Shown here piece by piece: positions 37,673 to 47,139 of a stretch of 64,000 nucleotides of DNA. The position numbers were made by a program, and so were the translations under genes. How positions within the stretch are numbered: position 1 is the stretch's first letter; every line of letters starts with the position of its first letter. A model generated the notes under the pieces. That model was not told where the DNA came from. It worked only from the letters and a program-made list of their open reading frames with translations, and did no database searches. Where the stretch lies: IMG/VR virus record IMGVR_UViG_3300008108_002889, positions 45,141 through 109,140 of that record. The stretch is one strand, 5' to 3'. The stretch comes from a virus.

Positions 37673-38563
37673 TTATTCCTTGACTCTTCTTTCTGCTACC
37701 TTAACCGGCATTTCTTTTTCTGATTTCTTACTATTAAACGGTATTTCTTTTTCTGCGTTCTTTTCAAATCCACTAGGCGATGATTTGTTTGCTGAGATAT
37801 CGCTAGGTGCTTCTGGCTTCACTGGTTTTTTTACAGGAGTAATAGGTTTTTCTTTTTCAGCTTTGGATTTTTCAGCTTTGGATTTTTCAGCTTTGGCTTT
37901 TTCAGATTTAGATTTTTCAGCTTTGGCTTTTTCTTTTTCAGCTTTGGCTTTTTCTCTTTCGTCTTTTTTCCTAGATTCTTCTTCTTCTGCGTCCATGTAC
38001 GGTAACAGGTATTGTCTTACTAGTTCAAAATAAGATCGTCCCGCAACTATAATATCTGGTTGACCATCTAGAGCATATTTTTCAAAGTCGTCTTTATTAT
38101 TTTCTCTTACAGCTTTACGAACTAAAGATGCTTCGCTCTTACGTTTTGCTTCAGCCCAGACAATATTTTTAAATTTATAATAACCATGCGGTCCTTCAAC
38201 ACCGTTTTGTTTCTGAATCATTGGTAGATATATTTTCATATCTTTGTCATCAGTGACTACACGTAGAGTTGTTCCTTCACCGTGTTGCTTGTAGGCCATT
38301 ACAGCAAGAGTAAACCAAGTTTGAGTAGCAACAAGATGCTCAACAATTTCTGGATAGAGTTTTTTCATTGCTTCTACTTTGATGCTAAATGGTAATGGAT
38401 CTTTAGGACCTTGTGTACTTTGATTTGTACCAATATACCAAGCTGGAAACTTTGATGCTTCTACCCATGCAGCCACGTGGCCGAAGTGTGGAGGATTAAA
38501 TCTTCCAAACATAATAGCTACAGATCTGTCTGTGCCAACTTCAAATAGTTCTCTTAAAAGCAT
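37673..38563 (-). CDS. HxGH cytidylyltransferase-like protein with KAEKS low-complexity tail
   Basis: FGRFNPPHFGH, KDPL.F..K; 15-bp repeats at about 37850-37955. Confidence 0.7.
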   Translation of the reverse strand: MLLRELFEVGTDRSVAIMFGRFNPPHFGHVAAWVEASKFPAWYIGTNQSTQGPKDPLPFSIKVEAMKKLYPEIVEHLVATQTWFTLAVMAYKQHGEGTTLRVVTDDKDMKIYLPMIQKQNGVEGPHGYYKFKNIVWAEAKRKSEASLVRKAVRENNKDDFEKYALDGQPDIIVAGRSYFELVRQYLLPYMDAEEEESRKKDEREKAKAEKEKAKAEKSKSEKAKAEKSKAEKSKAEKEKPITPVKKPVKPEAPSDISANKSSPSGFEKNAEKEIPFNSKKSEKEMPVKVAERRVKE

Positions 38564-38566
38564 ATT

Positions 38567-38926
38567 TTATTTCCGAAATTTTCCGTAATGGCCTTCTTTA
38601 ACATTTGTACTTTCTAATTTATGTATTGCAGCACAGACTTCTTCGCACATCTCTTCAGAAAGTGAATCTTTTAATCCCTCTACTTGAAATTTATTTTGAT
38701 ATTGTTCAAATGCTTTACTAACTAATTTCTTAAAAGCTCTGGGGTGAATTTGTTTGCCTTCTTCGCAATATTTTTTAAATTTAAGCATTGCTGGAAAATA
38801 TTCTTTTCTATAAAACGAAGGTTCGTTATTCATGTAAAAAATAAGATCGTCGGTGAGATCAAATTCCAATTCCTTTTCAGGATTAGATTCGCTAGTAGCG
38901 GGAAAAAACATTTCATTAATACGCAT
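38567..38926 (-). CDS. Hypothetical protein
   Basis: MRINEMF N-terminus. Confidence 0.65.
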   Translation of the reverse strand: MRINEMFFPATSESNPEKELEFDLTDDLIFYMNNEPSFYRKEYFPAMLKFKKYCEEGKQIHPRAFKKLVSKAFEQYQNKFQVEGLKDSLSEEMCEEVCAAIHKLESTNVKEGHYGKFRK

Positions 38927-38929
38927 ATA

Positions 38930-39979
38930 TTACCAAGCCCTACATGACCAATAACGTGCCTTCCAACGTGGACCAGGATTGTCGCAGTTGTGACGGGCAC
39001 GGAAGTTTTTGCGGCGACCAGGAATATGCTTTTTAATGCTTAATTTCTTGTCACCAAAATTTACTTTAACTACTTTACCATTGGGTTTACGCACATAAAC
39101 TTTAGACTTTTTAACATCACCCTTCATAGGCTTGCCTAAAGGCACAGTACGCCCTTGATAGTCAGCTTCAGTAATTAGCTCAACACTTGATTCTCCAAGC
39201 ATTTTTATGGCTTCGCTATCTAATGCAATAAGAATACTGTCTTCCCAGCTTTCTAATACAGTGGTTTCGATAACTGTATCTTCACTGATCTCTATTTCAA
39301 ATCCATCTCCGGGATGAACATCGCCTTCTAATTCTATTTGTTCAATATATTCAACTAATTTTTTACTTTTTATGTTTGTTGATTCTTGTGTAGGAGACGG
39401 TATTGGTGTAGACGGAGTTTGAGCAGCTGGCTGTGCAGGACTTAAACTAAAATCTTTAGGTATAAATTTTAAAACTTCTTCTGGAGACATGCCTGTGTTT
39501 AATGCAATTTTTGCCGTGCCCTGCGGATCATCAAAATGTGTAATCATCGGCAGTAGGTTCTTTGTCACTTCGTCTTGGCTCATAGGTGCTTGTCCAAACT
39601 CTTGTTCTTGTTTTTTAAAACGTGCTATAGCTTGCGGGTCTACAAGAGTTTTCAATATTTCCAAATTACTAACAGTAAAATCTTGTCCTGGTACTCGGCC
39701 TTGAACCTCTACTTTAGGTTTGTTCAGATCAGCTGGACTAACTGTATTGTTGGCCTTAAAGTCTGCCATGGCCTTTTCGTATTCAGCTCTAGATTTGCTG
39801 CCAATCTTTTGATACCGTGTCCAGCCCTTTTGTGGGCCATCTGGTATAATAGTTTTAGTATATCCAGGGCGATCAGGTGCAGGTCCAGGCGGTATCGGTG
39901 CATTAGGCCCAATGCCTGGTGGCGGCCCTTCATTTAGAATGTCTAAATAGCTACGTAGTATATGTGAATGCACCGACAT
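38930..39979 (-). CDS. Hypothetical protein with basic C-terminal domain
   Basis: C-terminal KVNFGD...RRKNFRARHNC...KARYWSC..W. Confidence 0.7.
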   Translation of the reverse strand: MSVHSHILRSYLDILNEGPPPGIGPNAPIPPGPAPDRPGYTKTIIPDGPQKGWTRYQKIGSKSRAEYEKAMADFKANNTVSPADLNKPKVEVQGRVPGQDFTVSNLEILKTLVDPQAIARFKKQEQEFGQAPMSQDEVTKNLLPMITHFDDPQGTAKIALNTGMSPEEVLKFIPKDFSLSPAQPAAQTPSTPIPSPTQESTNIKSKKLVEYIEQIELEGDVHPGDGFEIEISEDTVIETTVLESWEDSILIALDSEAIKMLGESSVELITEADYQGRTVPLGKPMKGDVKKSKVYVRKPNGKVVKVNFGDKKLSIKKHIPGRRKNFRARHNCDNPGPRWKARYWSCRAW

Positions 39980-39983
39980 AAGA

Positions 39984-40021
39984 AGTCCCTTATTTCTTTA
40001 TATTTATCGAAATAAGGGACT
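39984..40021 (-). promoter_or_regulatory. RBS-sequestering 13-bp hairpin with TAAATA promoter in its loop
   Basis: AGTCCCTTATTTC-GATAAATATAAA-GAAATAAGGGACT, 4 nt before ATG. Confidence 0.75.
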
Positions 40022-40025
40022 AGTG

Positions 40026-40664
40026 TTACGCTTTAATTACTGATTCTATTTTGCTTACATACGTGCCTACAAACATCCTAACCATGGTCATAGCCTTATC
40101 AGTACGTACATAGAAGTAGCTACCGCCATAACTACGTGTTTTACACAGGTCTTTTTCAGCTCTTTTTGTAAGACGTATATTCTTATTTTGTCTAGCCCAT
40201 GTTACAAATGTACTGTTATCCTGTGTAGTTTTACCTAGGAAAACTTTATAATCATAGTCTAATTTTTTAACAATTACTGCTCCTTCTTTTAATGAAGGAT
40301 TAGTCTTGTTAGGCATACAAACATAGCTTACTCGAGCTGGATCCAACCCAGCTAACGCTTCGATAGATTTGCTGTTGTTGCTGTAAAAGTTAAGATAAGG
40401 ATGCTCAACTCTTACATTGTAATCACTAGAATTCACCAAAGCTTTTTGTAGATTAAAGCAATACTCAATGTCTTCGTTAGATTTAATTTTGAGCCATAAC
40501 GGTCGCTGCCCTGTTTTTAGTAGCTTGAGTCTTGCCTCAACAAAATCTAAATCGTTTCCTCTAAACCAATTCGCGGCAGGACACACAAGTACTATTTTGT
40601 ATTGGTACTTGTTTGAAAATAGACTTACTGTGTCCTTGATTAGAATTGATTTATCAAGCCTCAA
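40026..40664 (-). CDS. Hypothetical protein
   Basis: Long ORF downstream of clpA. Confidence 0.65.
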   Translation of the reverse strand: MRLDKSILIKDTVSLFSNKYQYKIVLVCPAANWFRGNDLDFVEARLKLLKTGQRPLWLKIKSNEDIEYCFNLQKALVNSSDYNVRVEHPYLNFYSNNSKSIEALAGLDPARVSYVCMPNKTNPSLKEGAVIVKKLDYDYKVFLGKTTQDNSTFVTWARQNKNIRLTKRAEKDLCKTRSYGGSYFYVRTDKAMTMVRMFVGTYVSKIESVIKA

Positions 40665-42897
40665 TTGCTAACATCCTTGGGAGTTTAGGTTTAGAAGTTA
40701 GTAAAAGTTCACCGTTCTTCTCTGCAATTACCAATGTACCGCCGTCTTTTAACTCTCCGAACAGCATCATACGAGCTAACGGACGTTTAATTTCTTTGTC
40801 AATGACACGTTGTAATGGTCTTGCACCCATCTTACTATCAAAGCCTTTTTCGATTAACCAATCAATTGCTTCATCAGTGACTTTAACTTTGACATTCTTT
40901 TCTTTGATCTGATCGCGAAGTTCAATAATAAACTTACCAACAATTTTAATCATTGTTTCTTTAGTCAGCTTACCAAATGTAACCACAGCGTCTAAACGAT
41001 TGCGGAATTCAGGGGCAAAGAATTTCTTCAAAGCTTTGTCTTCATATGTGCGCTCTTGACTGCCAAAGCCAATTTGATTCTTTTCAGATTCGGCTGCACC
41101 AGCATTTGTAGTAATGATAAGAATTAAATTGCGGCAGTCTGCTTGTTTGCCATTTGACCCTGTGATAAAACCATTGTCCATCATCTGCAATAAAATAGTT
41201 GAAACATCAGGATGTGATTTTTCAATTTCGTCTAATAGCAGTACGCAGTTAGGTGATTCTTGAATCTTGGTAATAAGTAGACCTGCGTTCTCTTCAAAGC
41301 CAACGTAGCCTGGCGGTGAGCCGATCAATTTACTTACAGAGTGTTTCTCTTGATATTCACTCATGTCAAAACGCACAAGTTTAACGCCAAGATTTTTTGC
41401 CAGTACTTTGGCTGTTTCAGTTTTACCTGTACCTGTTGGGCCCATGAACACAAAACTACCAACTGGCTTGTTTTCAGGTTTAAGTCCTGCACGGCTAACA
41501 AGAATCTTATCTACAATTTCTATAATTGCGTTGTCTTGTCCGTAGACTTCTTGTTTGAGATTACCTTCAAGCGATGCTAGGTTTCCAGTTTCTTGTTCTG
41601 CAATCTGCTCAACTGGCATTTGAATCATTCTTGCAATTTCAAATTGAATAGAATCTTCGTTGACAATTCTTTCATCTGCAAGTTTAAGATTAAATCTACT
41701 GCAAGCACAGTCAATTAGATCAATTGCTTTGTCTGGTAGCTTTTTGTCGCTTTGATATTTCACGCTTAATTTAATAGATGCACGGATAGCATCATCTTTG
41801 ATCTTAACATTGTGAAACTGTTCGTAGTACTTTTTAACACCCTTGAGAATCTGTAGTGTCATTTCCTGCGTAGGCTCGTCAACAGTAATGCGTTGGAATC
41901 GACGCATCAGCGCACGATCCTTTTCAAAGTGCTTGCGGTATTCTTCCCAAGTAGTTGACGCAACAACTTTAACATTACCTTTGGCCAATGCTGGCTTCAT
42001 CATGTTAGCAAGGTCGTTGGCATTGTTATTAGCAGATCCTGCACCGCTGATCATGTGTGCTTCGTCGATGAACAACACAGTCTTGCCTTTTTTGCTCAAA
42101 CCTTTTAGTACTGCTTTAAATCTTTCCTCAAAGTCACCGCGATATTTACTGCCTGCAAGCATGGCACTTACGTCTAAACTAAAAACTGTATAGCCTTTGA
42201 GAAACTCAGGTACAGCACCACTGACAATATTATAGGCCAAGCCTTCTGCAATGGCAGTTTTACCAACGCCTGGGTCACCTACTAGAATACAATTATTCTT
42301 ACTGCGACGGCCTAATGCCAAGGCAATGTTTTCTAGTTCTTCAACACGACCAATGACAGGATCAATTTTGCCTTTTCTTACCAGCTCATTAAGGTTGCTG
42401 GTAAAAGATTTAATAGCTCGTTCTCCAGCGTTGTCACGAGGATCTTCTTCTTCAACAGGCTCAACTTCGTTGTTTAGATAATCTGCAAACTTTTCTTTAT
42501 CGATATCAGCTTGTTGAATATAGTAACTAGCCCAGCTACGTTTTTCACTCATCATGGCAAGGAAAACGTCTGTGCTTTCGATACGTTGACGACCGTTAAA
42601 CAACACCTGTGTAAAAGCACGGTTAAGAACACGCTCAACTGTTTGAGTTTTACGAGGCTTAATGTCTGTGGTTGTATTGTTAATGATCTCGTCACATTTA
42701 TTTTTAAGATAGTGTTCGAGATTCTTTTTAATGTATTCTGGATCGGCACCATAACCCTGCACACAATTAAAAAAGCTATCTTCACAGAGCATTGAGAATA
42801 ATAAATGCTCTATAGTAAGATAATCGTGCTTTAACTGTTTGGCAACATTAATTGCTTTTTCAAATACTAGCTGAAGCTCGCTGCTGGGTTCTACCAT
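40654..42897 (-). CDS. clpA: ATP-dependent Clp protease ATP-binding subunit
   Basis: Clp-N domain (EHLL), GDPGVGKT, KYRGDFEER, GPTGTGKT, DMSEYQEKHSVSKLIGSPPGYVG, GARPL; no ClpB coiled-coil. Confidence 0.92.
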   Translation of the reverse strand: MVEPSSELQLVFEKAINVAKQLKHDYLTIEHLLFSMLCEDSFFNCVQGYGADPEYIKKNLEHYLKNKCDEIINNTTTDIKPRKTQTVERVLNRAFTQVLFNGRQRIESTDVFLAMMSEKRSWASYYIQQADIDKEKFADYLNNEVEPVEEEDPRDNAGERAIKSFTSNLNELVRKGKIDPVIGRVEELENIALALGRRSKNNCILVGDPGVGKTAIAEGLAYNIVSGAVPEFLKGYTVFSLDVSAMLAGSKYRGDFEERFKAVLKGLSKKGKTVLFIDEAHMISGAGSANNNANDLANMMKPALAKGNVKVVASTTWEEYRKHFEKDRALMRRFQRITVDEPTQEMTLQILKGVKKYYEQFHNVKIKDDAIRASIKLSVKYQSDKKLPDKAIDLIDCACSRFNLKLADERIVNEDSIQFEIARMIQMPVEQIAEQETGNLASLEGNLKQEVYGQDNAIIEIVDKILVSRAGLKPENKPVGSFVFMGPTGTGKTETAKVLAKNLGVKLVRFDMSEYQEKHSVSKLIGSPPGYVGFEENAGLLITKIQESPNCVLLLDEIEKSHPDVSTILLQMMDNGFITGSNGKQADCRNLILIITTNAGAAESEKNQIGFGSQERTYEDKALKKFFAPEFRNRLDAVVTFGKLTKETMIKIVGKFIIELRDQIKEKNVKVKVTDEAIDWLIEKGFDSKMGARPLQRVIDKEIKRPLARMMLFGELKDGGTLVIAEKNGELLLTSKPKLPRMLAIEA

Positions 42898-43393
42898 TAC
42901 GTTTCCTTTGTTTTTTAATAGCTAAATCTAATTTAAATTTGCTTACTTTAGAAATAAAGCATACGCCATTCAAATGATCTAATTCGTGTAAAAAGCATCT
43001 TGCATCGATGCCGTCAAGTCTTATTATAACAGGATTTTTATCTCTGTCAAAAAATTCGACTACAATGTTTTCTGGACGTCTTACTGCTAACAGCAGATTT
43101 GGAAAACTCAGACAGCCTTCGTAGTCTTGAGTTTCGTCATCGCTGGTAGCAATAACTTTAGGATTGAATACTGCAAAGGGTTCTGTTACGCCCTGCAGAT
43201 TTCTTGTGTACATTGTAAACACTCGAGCTTCTATTCCGCATTGTGGTGCGGCAAGCCCAATACCGTTTTCAGCATACATAAGTTTGACCATTTCTTCTTC
43301 TAGGTCTTTAGGATCCATTACCGGATTATCAAAATCAAATTCCGGCATAGTTCTGTTTAATATATCATTTGGATGTGAGACTAATTTCAGCAT
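42860..43393 (-). CDS. def: Peptide deformylase
   Basis: GIGLAAPQ, EGCLS, HELDH. Confidence 0.95.
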   Translation of the reverse strand: MLKLVSHPNDILNRTMPEFDFDNPVMDPKDLEEEMVKLMYAENGIGLAAPQCGIEARVFTMYTRNLQGVTEPFAVFNPKVIATSDDETQDYEGCLSFPNLLLAVRRPENIVVEFFDRDKNPVIIRLDGIDARCFLHELDHLNGVCFISKVSKFKLDLAIKKQRKRNGRTQQRASASI

Positions 43394-44216
43394 ATAATTT
43401 TTCTAGCTTATCTTTAAGGTCCGGATCTTTTACTGCCGGGATTTGCATTTTAATTTTAATAATAAGGTCTCCGTGAAAGTTACTGTTTATGTTTTTGAAA
43501 CCTAACCCTGCAGATGCAAAATCGCTGTGCGGATCAACACCCGGGGGCAGGTTAAATCTTATATTTTTACCACCCGGAACTTCTACTAGTTTAGTACATC
43601 CTAGCATGGCTTCAAATGGATCAACTGCAACATAGGCAATAAGGTGATCGCCTAATCGTTCGTATATTTGACTTGGTTCAACAACCACAGTGACTAGTAA
43701 ATCACCACGGGGCAACTGGAGTATGCTATCGTCACCCATGCCAGTGTATCGAATAGTCTGACCACTTTGTATACCCGGCGGTACTTTAATCAGTACATTT
43801 TGATTTTTACCGGATGGCAATTTGTAATTGGCTTCTAACTCTGTGCCGGTATAACTTTTATCAAAGGCAATTCGTATGTTGATATTTAAATCACGATTTT
43901 TAGCTCGACGCTGACCTTGCCTAAAGATTTCTTCAAAAGGATGTCCTCTTCCAAATCCCTGCCCAAACATAGCACCAACATCAAACCATCCCGGCCCTGC
44001 GCCAGCATGTCCAAACCCCTGTCCGTTCTTTTCTGCATCGTAGATAGATTTTTTATCAGGGTCGCTTAACGTATCGTAGGCCTGTGATATTTCTTGGAAC
44101 TTTTTCGTATCACCACCTTTATCGGGATGATGTTTGGCTGCAAGCTTCCTGTAAGATCGCTTTATTTCATCCAAAGATGCGTTTTCGTTAACTTCTAAAA
44201 TTTTATAGTAATCCAT
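43365..44216 (-). CDS. dnaJ: DnaJ/CbpA-type co-chaperone (no Zn finger)
   Basis: MDYY.ILEV, HPDKGG, G/F region, C-terminal domain; start re-called at 44216. Confidence 0.88.
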   Translation of the reverse strand: MDYYKILEVNENASLDEIKRSYRKLAAKHHPDKGGDTKKFQEISQAYDTLSDPDKKSIYDAEKNGQGFGHAGAGPGWFDVGAMFGQGFGRGHPFEEIFRQGQRRAKNRDLNINIRIAFDKSYTGTELEANYKLPSGKNQNVLIKVPPGIQSGQTIRYTGMGDDSILQLPRGDLLVTVVVEPSQIYERLGDHLIAYVAVDPFEAMLGCTKLVEVPGGKNIRFNLPPGVDPHSDFASAGLGFKNINSNFHGDLIIKIKMQIPAVKDPDLKDKLEKLYAEISLTSK

Positions 44217-44222
44217 AGCACT

Positions 44223-44251
44223 ATTATATATTAAAAAACTGACAATGTCAA
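44223..44251 (-). promoter_or_regulatory. Consensus sigma70-type promoter, leaderless geometry
   Basis: TTGACA-N17-TATAAT-N6-ATG. Confidence 0.8.
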
Positions 44252-44261
44252 CATACAAATG

Positions 44262-44289
44262 ACAAAAGGCATATCTCTATGCCTTTTGT
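44262..44289. terminator. Intrinsic terminator after the lysis block
   Basis: ACAAAAGGCATA-TCTC-TATGCCTTTTGT. Confidence 0.7.
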
Positions 44290-44306
44290 TTGAAGTCAAA
44301 AATATT

Positions 44307-44537
44307 TTACTTTTTTGCTGGTGGAATTTCAGTTCCTTCGAGCTTTTTACGCACTTTGACCTGTTTACATTCTTCAACAACCTTGCCGTCCTTGCCTTTG
44401 ACTTCTTTTCCGTCTTTGTCTTTCTTTGGATGACAAACAGTCTTCATTTCGCCTTTTCCTGGACCTTCTTTGTCATCGGCGGCATAAGCACCGCCAATTA
44501 ATGCTAGACTTGTTACTAATGCTAAAATAAATTTCAT
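44307..44537 (-). CDS. Small secreted protein
   Basis: Signal peptide (..GGAYA/ADD), two Cys. Confidence 0.65.
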   Translation of the reverse strand: MKFILALVTSLALIGGAYAADDKEGPGKGEMKTVCHPKKDKDGKEVKGKDGKVVEECKQVKVRKKLEGTEIPPAKK

Positions 44538-44547
44538 AATCTACTCC

Positions 44548-45144
44548 TTAAATTTCTGGATCATATTGTGGTGGAGGTGCTTTCTTTCCTCCCCATCCTG
44601 TAGTTACTCCGGCTGCTGGTGCTGCTCCGAACCCGCTAGCCGCTGGCGCTCCAAATCCTGAACCGCCACCAAAGCCGCCTGATGACGCTGATGTAGGTGC
44701 GCCTCCAAAGCCGCCTGTACCACCCAGGGGTTGGGATCCCCAGGAATTTGTAACTGGTGCTGGTGAACCAAATCCACCGGCTGCGGACTGTCCGACTGGC
44801 GCAGGTGGTTGATATGTTGTTCCGACATTCGATGGTAATTGGACTCCGCCATTATTTGCTCCTCCTAGTTTTTCCTGTGTACGACCGTAGGCCGCAATAC
44901 CTAGAACAGCACCCATGGCAATGTGATATAATCCAGCACCTTGTAGGGTAATAGGTTGCCATTGTACGTTTACCTGTCCCTTACTTACACTTTGTAAAAT
45001 TGACCATAGTACTGGAAAAATAACAAAGTCTGCAATGCAGGTCAACATGTATGACCATCCCATCATAGGACGCCATTTACTGTTCATCCAATCTTCTTTC
45101 TTCTTTTCAGAAGCACTCATTTTTTCATATTCTTTATCGCTCAT
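44548..45144 (-). CDS. Putative holin (WRP..GW type) with G/S/A-rich tail
   Basis: WRPMMGW.Y, transmembrane segments, LGIAAYGRTQEK; near the endolysin. Confidence 0.6.
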   Translation of the reverse strand: MSDKEYEKMSASEKKKEDWMNSKWRPMMGWSYMLTCIADFVIFPVLWSILQSVSKGQVNVQWQPITLQGAGLYHIAMGAVLGIAAYGRTQEKLGGANNGGVQLPSNVGTTYQPPAPVGQSAAGGFGSPAPVTNSWGSQPLGGTGGFGGAPTSASSGGFGGGSGFGAPAASGFGAAPAAGVTTGWGGKKAPPPQYDPEI

Positions 45145-45154
45145 CGCTCACCTC

Positions 45155-45673
45155 TTATAAACTAAATGGAAGCCAAAGCCATAGTGCTTGACTTACAAAC
45201 AAACTACCAGCTGTTCCTACAACTAGACTTATCCAAAACATTGGCATACTCACAGCAAGAATACTGGCTGTAAGTAGAACAATGGCAATCTGTAGAACAC
45301 TACCACCCCACGTAAACCAAGGAGATTTTTGTCTAGCCTGCTCTCTTTCAGTTTCTAATGCTTTAGCCTTCTGCATAATTTCTTTTTTGTCTGCCTCCAT
45401 ACGAGCAGCTTCTGCTAGAAACTTTTCTCTGTTAGCAGGAATTTTTGATTCAACCGCAGCAGTTTCATACAACACCTGACGTACATTCTTTGCCTGATAC
45501 CATGCCCATTGATTGTTAGCGGCAATAGTGTTATTCATAATTTTACTGCTATTCTGTCCGCCAATCATTGTGCTGATTGCTAAAATAGCAGCTAAAAATA
45601 CAATGACAAATCCTGCTTTGTCTTTGATCTTTGCTTCACGCTCTGATCGTGATAATGGTTTAACTTCGCTCAT
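45155..45673 (-). CDS. DUF4337-like membrane protein
   Basis: NQWAWYQAK, LQIAIVL..ASIL. Confidence 0.6.
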   Translation of the reverse strand: MSEVKPLSRSEREAKIKDKAGFVIVFLAAILAISTMIGGQNSSKIMNNTIAANNQWAWYQAKNVRQVLYETAAVESKIPANREKFLAEAARMEADKKEIMQKAKALETEREQARQKSPWFTWGGSVLQIAIVLLTASILAVSMPMFWISLVVGTAGSLFVSQALWLWLPFSL

Positions 45674-46305
45674 TAGTGTGCTCCTAAAACATGCAGGGCG
45701 TGATTATAGTGTTTGATACGATCGTCCAAACCAATAGTACCACCGTTAATGCGTTTAGTCAATGTAAGAATGTCGTCTTTATCTGCCCATTGATTAAGTT
45801 TATTTGTTTCCCAGAACCAGCAAGCTGATTGTACAGCACCTTCAAACGTTGCTAGATATTCTGGTATTTCTTCAACGGGTGTCTCAATACTGTCAGCAAA
45901 CGCTTGATAGTTATTTTTACCAGTAAGTTGAATAAGCCCGCGACCTAGATAACGGAAACCGTCTCCCGTTTCTTCTGGCCCATTGCCCATACGTCCTCCG
46001 TAGACTCTGTTGGCAATGGCTTCTTGCTTGTTTGGCAATGCTGCAAATTGTGCAGCCATTGCATCTGTTGGGAAGTATTTAGGAAAAATTTTACGTAGAG
46101 TTGCTGCCTTGTAATTTAAATTTTCCTTTAGCATTCTAAAGCCCCCGCTTTCGTGGGCGCATTGTGCTACAAACGCTGCTACTCTTCGTGGTGTATTAAT
46201 GTCATAGTCTGGCAAACAAATTGCCAATGCTTCGTACCAATGATCCACGTAGGGATTACCCGGAATAAGCTGTGCTAGCTGTTCCTGACTTAATATAAAA
46301 CTCAT
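45673..46305 (-). CDS. Glycoside hydrolase family 19 endolysin
   Basis: AAFVAQCAHESGGF, ENLNY, GRGLIQLTGK.NY, TKRINGG..GL.DR. Confidence 0.92.
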   Translation of the reverse strand: MSFILSQEQLAQLIPGNPYVDHWYEALAICLPDYDINTPRRVAAFVAQCAHESGGFRMLKENLNYKAATLRKIFPKYFPTDAMAAQFAALPNKQEAIANRVYGGRMGNGPEETGDGFRYLGRGLIQLTGKNNYQAFADSIETPVEEIPEYLATFEGAVQSACWFWETNKLNQWADKDDILTLTKRINGGTIGLDDRIKHYNHALHVLGAH

Positions 46306-46330
46306 TGTCGCTCCTAATTATAATGTATAG

Positions 46331-46597
46331 TTATTTAACTGAATCGAACACCTTTTTCTGTTCGTCGTACCATTCTTTCCAACCATCAACTTTATTTGAA
46401 CATTGATAATAAAGTGTATAGTTGTTAACTACTACTTTTAACAAGTCGGTAATCGCTACCTTATCACCGACTATTTGTTGCAGTTCCGGGCATTGTTCCA
46501 TAAAAGTTTTAGGAACTTCCGGAAAGTTTCTTTTAACAGGAGTTACTGTAGAGCATCCTGCTAAAAATATTGCAAAGATTACTGCAAGATGTTTCAT
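46331..46597 (-). CDS. Outer-membrane lipoprotein spanin (Rz1-like)
   Basis: Lipobox LAGC; adjacent to i-spanin and endolysin. Confidence 0.75.
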   Translation of the reverse strand: MKHLAVIFAIFLAGCSTVTPVKRNFPEVPKTFMEQCPELQQIVGDKVAITDLLKVVVNNYTLYYQCSNKVDGWKEWYDEQKKVFDSVK

Positions 46598-47139
46598 TTC
46601 TTGTTATCCTTTACAATTTGATTTAACTCTTTAATTGCAGCCTTATTGTGTTCATCAACTATAATTTGAGGAACAGGACAGCTTTTAAGAGCGTGCTCAA
46701 GTTCTTTTTGTCTAGCTGCAAATTTATCACGTTCAGCTTGACTCATATCTTTAGTGATCTCTATAGTATCGCCTTTTACTAGCCTGTCGATGTATTGTAT
46801 CTGTGCCTGTGCTTTTTCTTTAACTATTCGATCTTTGTAAACAATTTTTTCTTCAATCTTTACATTAGTCTCTTTAGATTTATCTTCAGCTACTCGAACT
46901 TTTTCTTCTAATTCTTTTACCCTAGCCTGCCATTTTTCTTCATTGGCAATTACGCCTTGGAAGTATACACCTACTAGTAAAAGTATTATAGAAATTACTT
47001 TAATAGGTAATGCATTGTTTGAAATAAACGGAATCTTTTTAAGAATCCAAGATGCAATTAAACCAATGACGCCTGCAATTAAAACAAGAGACCAAAACCA
47101 ATCAGGTAGAAGGCTCAACATCCAAGTTAGTTGCCACAT
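46594..47139 (-). CDS. Inner-membrane spanin (Rz-like)
   Basis: N-terminal TM segments, coiled coil, C-terminal Cys. Confidence 0.65.
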   Translation of the reverse strand: MWQLTWMLSLLPDWFWSLVLIAGVIGLIASWILKKIPFISNNALPIKVISIILLLVGVYFQGVIANEEKWQARVKELEEKVRVAEDKSKETNVKIEEKIVYKDRIVKEKAQAQIQYIDRLVKGDTIEITKDMSQAERDKFAARQKELEHALKSCPVPQIIVDEHNKAAIKELNQIVKDNKK

